A stretch of DNA of 14,519 nt from a virus, in the UHGV virus genome UHGV-0203503. One strand, 5' to 3'. The translations under genes were made by a program, and so were the position numbers. This document shows positions 13,813 to 14,519 of the stretch, piece by piece; within the stretch, counting starts at the first letter, position 1, and the number at the start of each line of letters is the position of its first letter. Under the pieces are notes generated by a model, which was not told the origin of the DNA, ran no database searches, and was given only the letters and a program-made list of their open reading frames with translations.

Positions 13813-14481
13813 TTACCTGCTTACTGACATTTTCTCTATCAACTCGCCAGCGTCATAAATCTTTCTCCTGATTCTCTTTGCCATCCTGATAGTGTCAGCA
13901 TCATCAGGCAACATCACCGGAAGCCCTGCGTTTTCCGCAGAGCACAGTTCGTCAAATTTATAATTAACTATGCAGCGTAACCGTGCTTTATTCTCATCGC
14001 TAACAGAACGCACTACTTCCCACATGTTTTCCGGCGACCAGCAGCACCAGACATGCGCGCCAGTGAAGTAATGGCATTTCCACGCATCTGCATAATCAGA
14101 CACAAGATAAATAAACTTTCCGTTTTCTTCACCGATTGGGCTTATCGCGCCGCGCGTGAGTTTGCCGTTGATGGCTGAGTCCTTGTTGTATCCTGCTTTG
14201 TAGAATGTTCTGAACGCATCACCATCCATGCCAATGAATGCCACGTTGCACGGCTTCATTGTGTCAGCGTGCACCATCTCAACCGCAATAAGCTCTCCAG
14301 ATTTGCCTCTGACGACGTTAACGTCGCAACCAATACCATTTATCAAAGTCCACTCATTCATCGCGACACTCTTCGTTTTAGACATGATTGCTGCGACTTC
14401 CCGCTCTGTGATGAAGTCATCGTTGTAATTTATCTTCGGCAGTTCCTTCCTGATAGCCTCCAGCTTTTCGCGTGGATTCAT
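13813..14481 (-). CDS. Hypothetical protein, at least 222 aa (true start may lie beyond the window end)
   Basis: Track ORF; the reading frame stays open upstream of the first ATG to the window edge (..PEALEALGGFLN-M..); Cys/Trp-rich segment HVWCCWSPENMW; no recognised family. Confidence 0.45.
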   Translation of the reverse strand: MNPREKLEAIRKELPKINYNDDFITEREVAAIMSKTKSVAMNEWTLINGIGCDVNVVRGKSGELIAVEMVHADTMKPCNVAFIGMDGDAFRTFYKAGYNKDSAINGKLTRGAISPIGEENGKFIYLVSDYADAWKCHYFTGAHVWCCWSPENMWEVVRSVSDENKARLRCIVNYKFDELCSAENAGLPVMLPDDADTIRMAKRIRRKIYDAGELIEKMSVSR

Positions 14482-14519
14482 GTTCAGGAATCCACCAAGC
14501 GCCTCCAGTGCTTCTGGAA

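Noticed and set aside
1-14519. tRNA genes, integrase, attachment sites, transposase or IS elements
   Set aside because: No cloverleaf-compatible sequence, no recombinase-sized ORF with recognisable motifs and no terminal inverted repeats were seen by eye; absence cannot be proven without tools.

Overview
This window reads as a segment of a tailed-phage (or prophage) genome from an enteric-type host; that assignment is my inference from gene content and organisation, not from a database search. On the minus strand there is a DNA-packaging/head module: terminase small subunit (7726-8172), terminase large subunit (6312-7736, with Walker A GGRGSGKT, Walker B VGWVEE and a nuclease-like GMDFG motif), portal (3008-4420) and a Mu-F/SPP1-gp7-like head morphogenesis protein (2077-3027). 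A ~1.9 kb insertion sits between the terminase large subunit and portal genes. It carries two self-contained, divergently transcribed small-gene cassettes (morons), each with its own near-consensus sigma70 promoter and hairpin terminator, including two predicted small membrane proteins. Upstream of the terminase small subunit gene is a minus-strand operon of small overlapping genes (8300-10575), driven by a promoter of the same family. A ~540 bp intergenic region (10576-11119) holds about 14 copies of an 8-bp motif CCGGTAAC/GTTACCGG, in both orientations and partly phased at 9-11 bp, flanking a ~115 bp AT-rich core. This is the strongest candidate for a replication origin or centromere-like regulatory array. 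It is followed by a plus-strand operon (11120-13784) encoding a 542-aa protein of unknown function, small coupled proteins and an ASCH-domain protein. Most small proteins are hypothetical. No rRNA, tRNA, CRISPR array, integrase or transposase was recognised. All calls rest on reading the sequence and the ORF track; no homology search was run.
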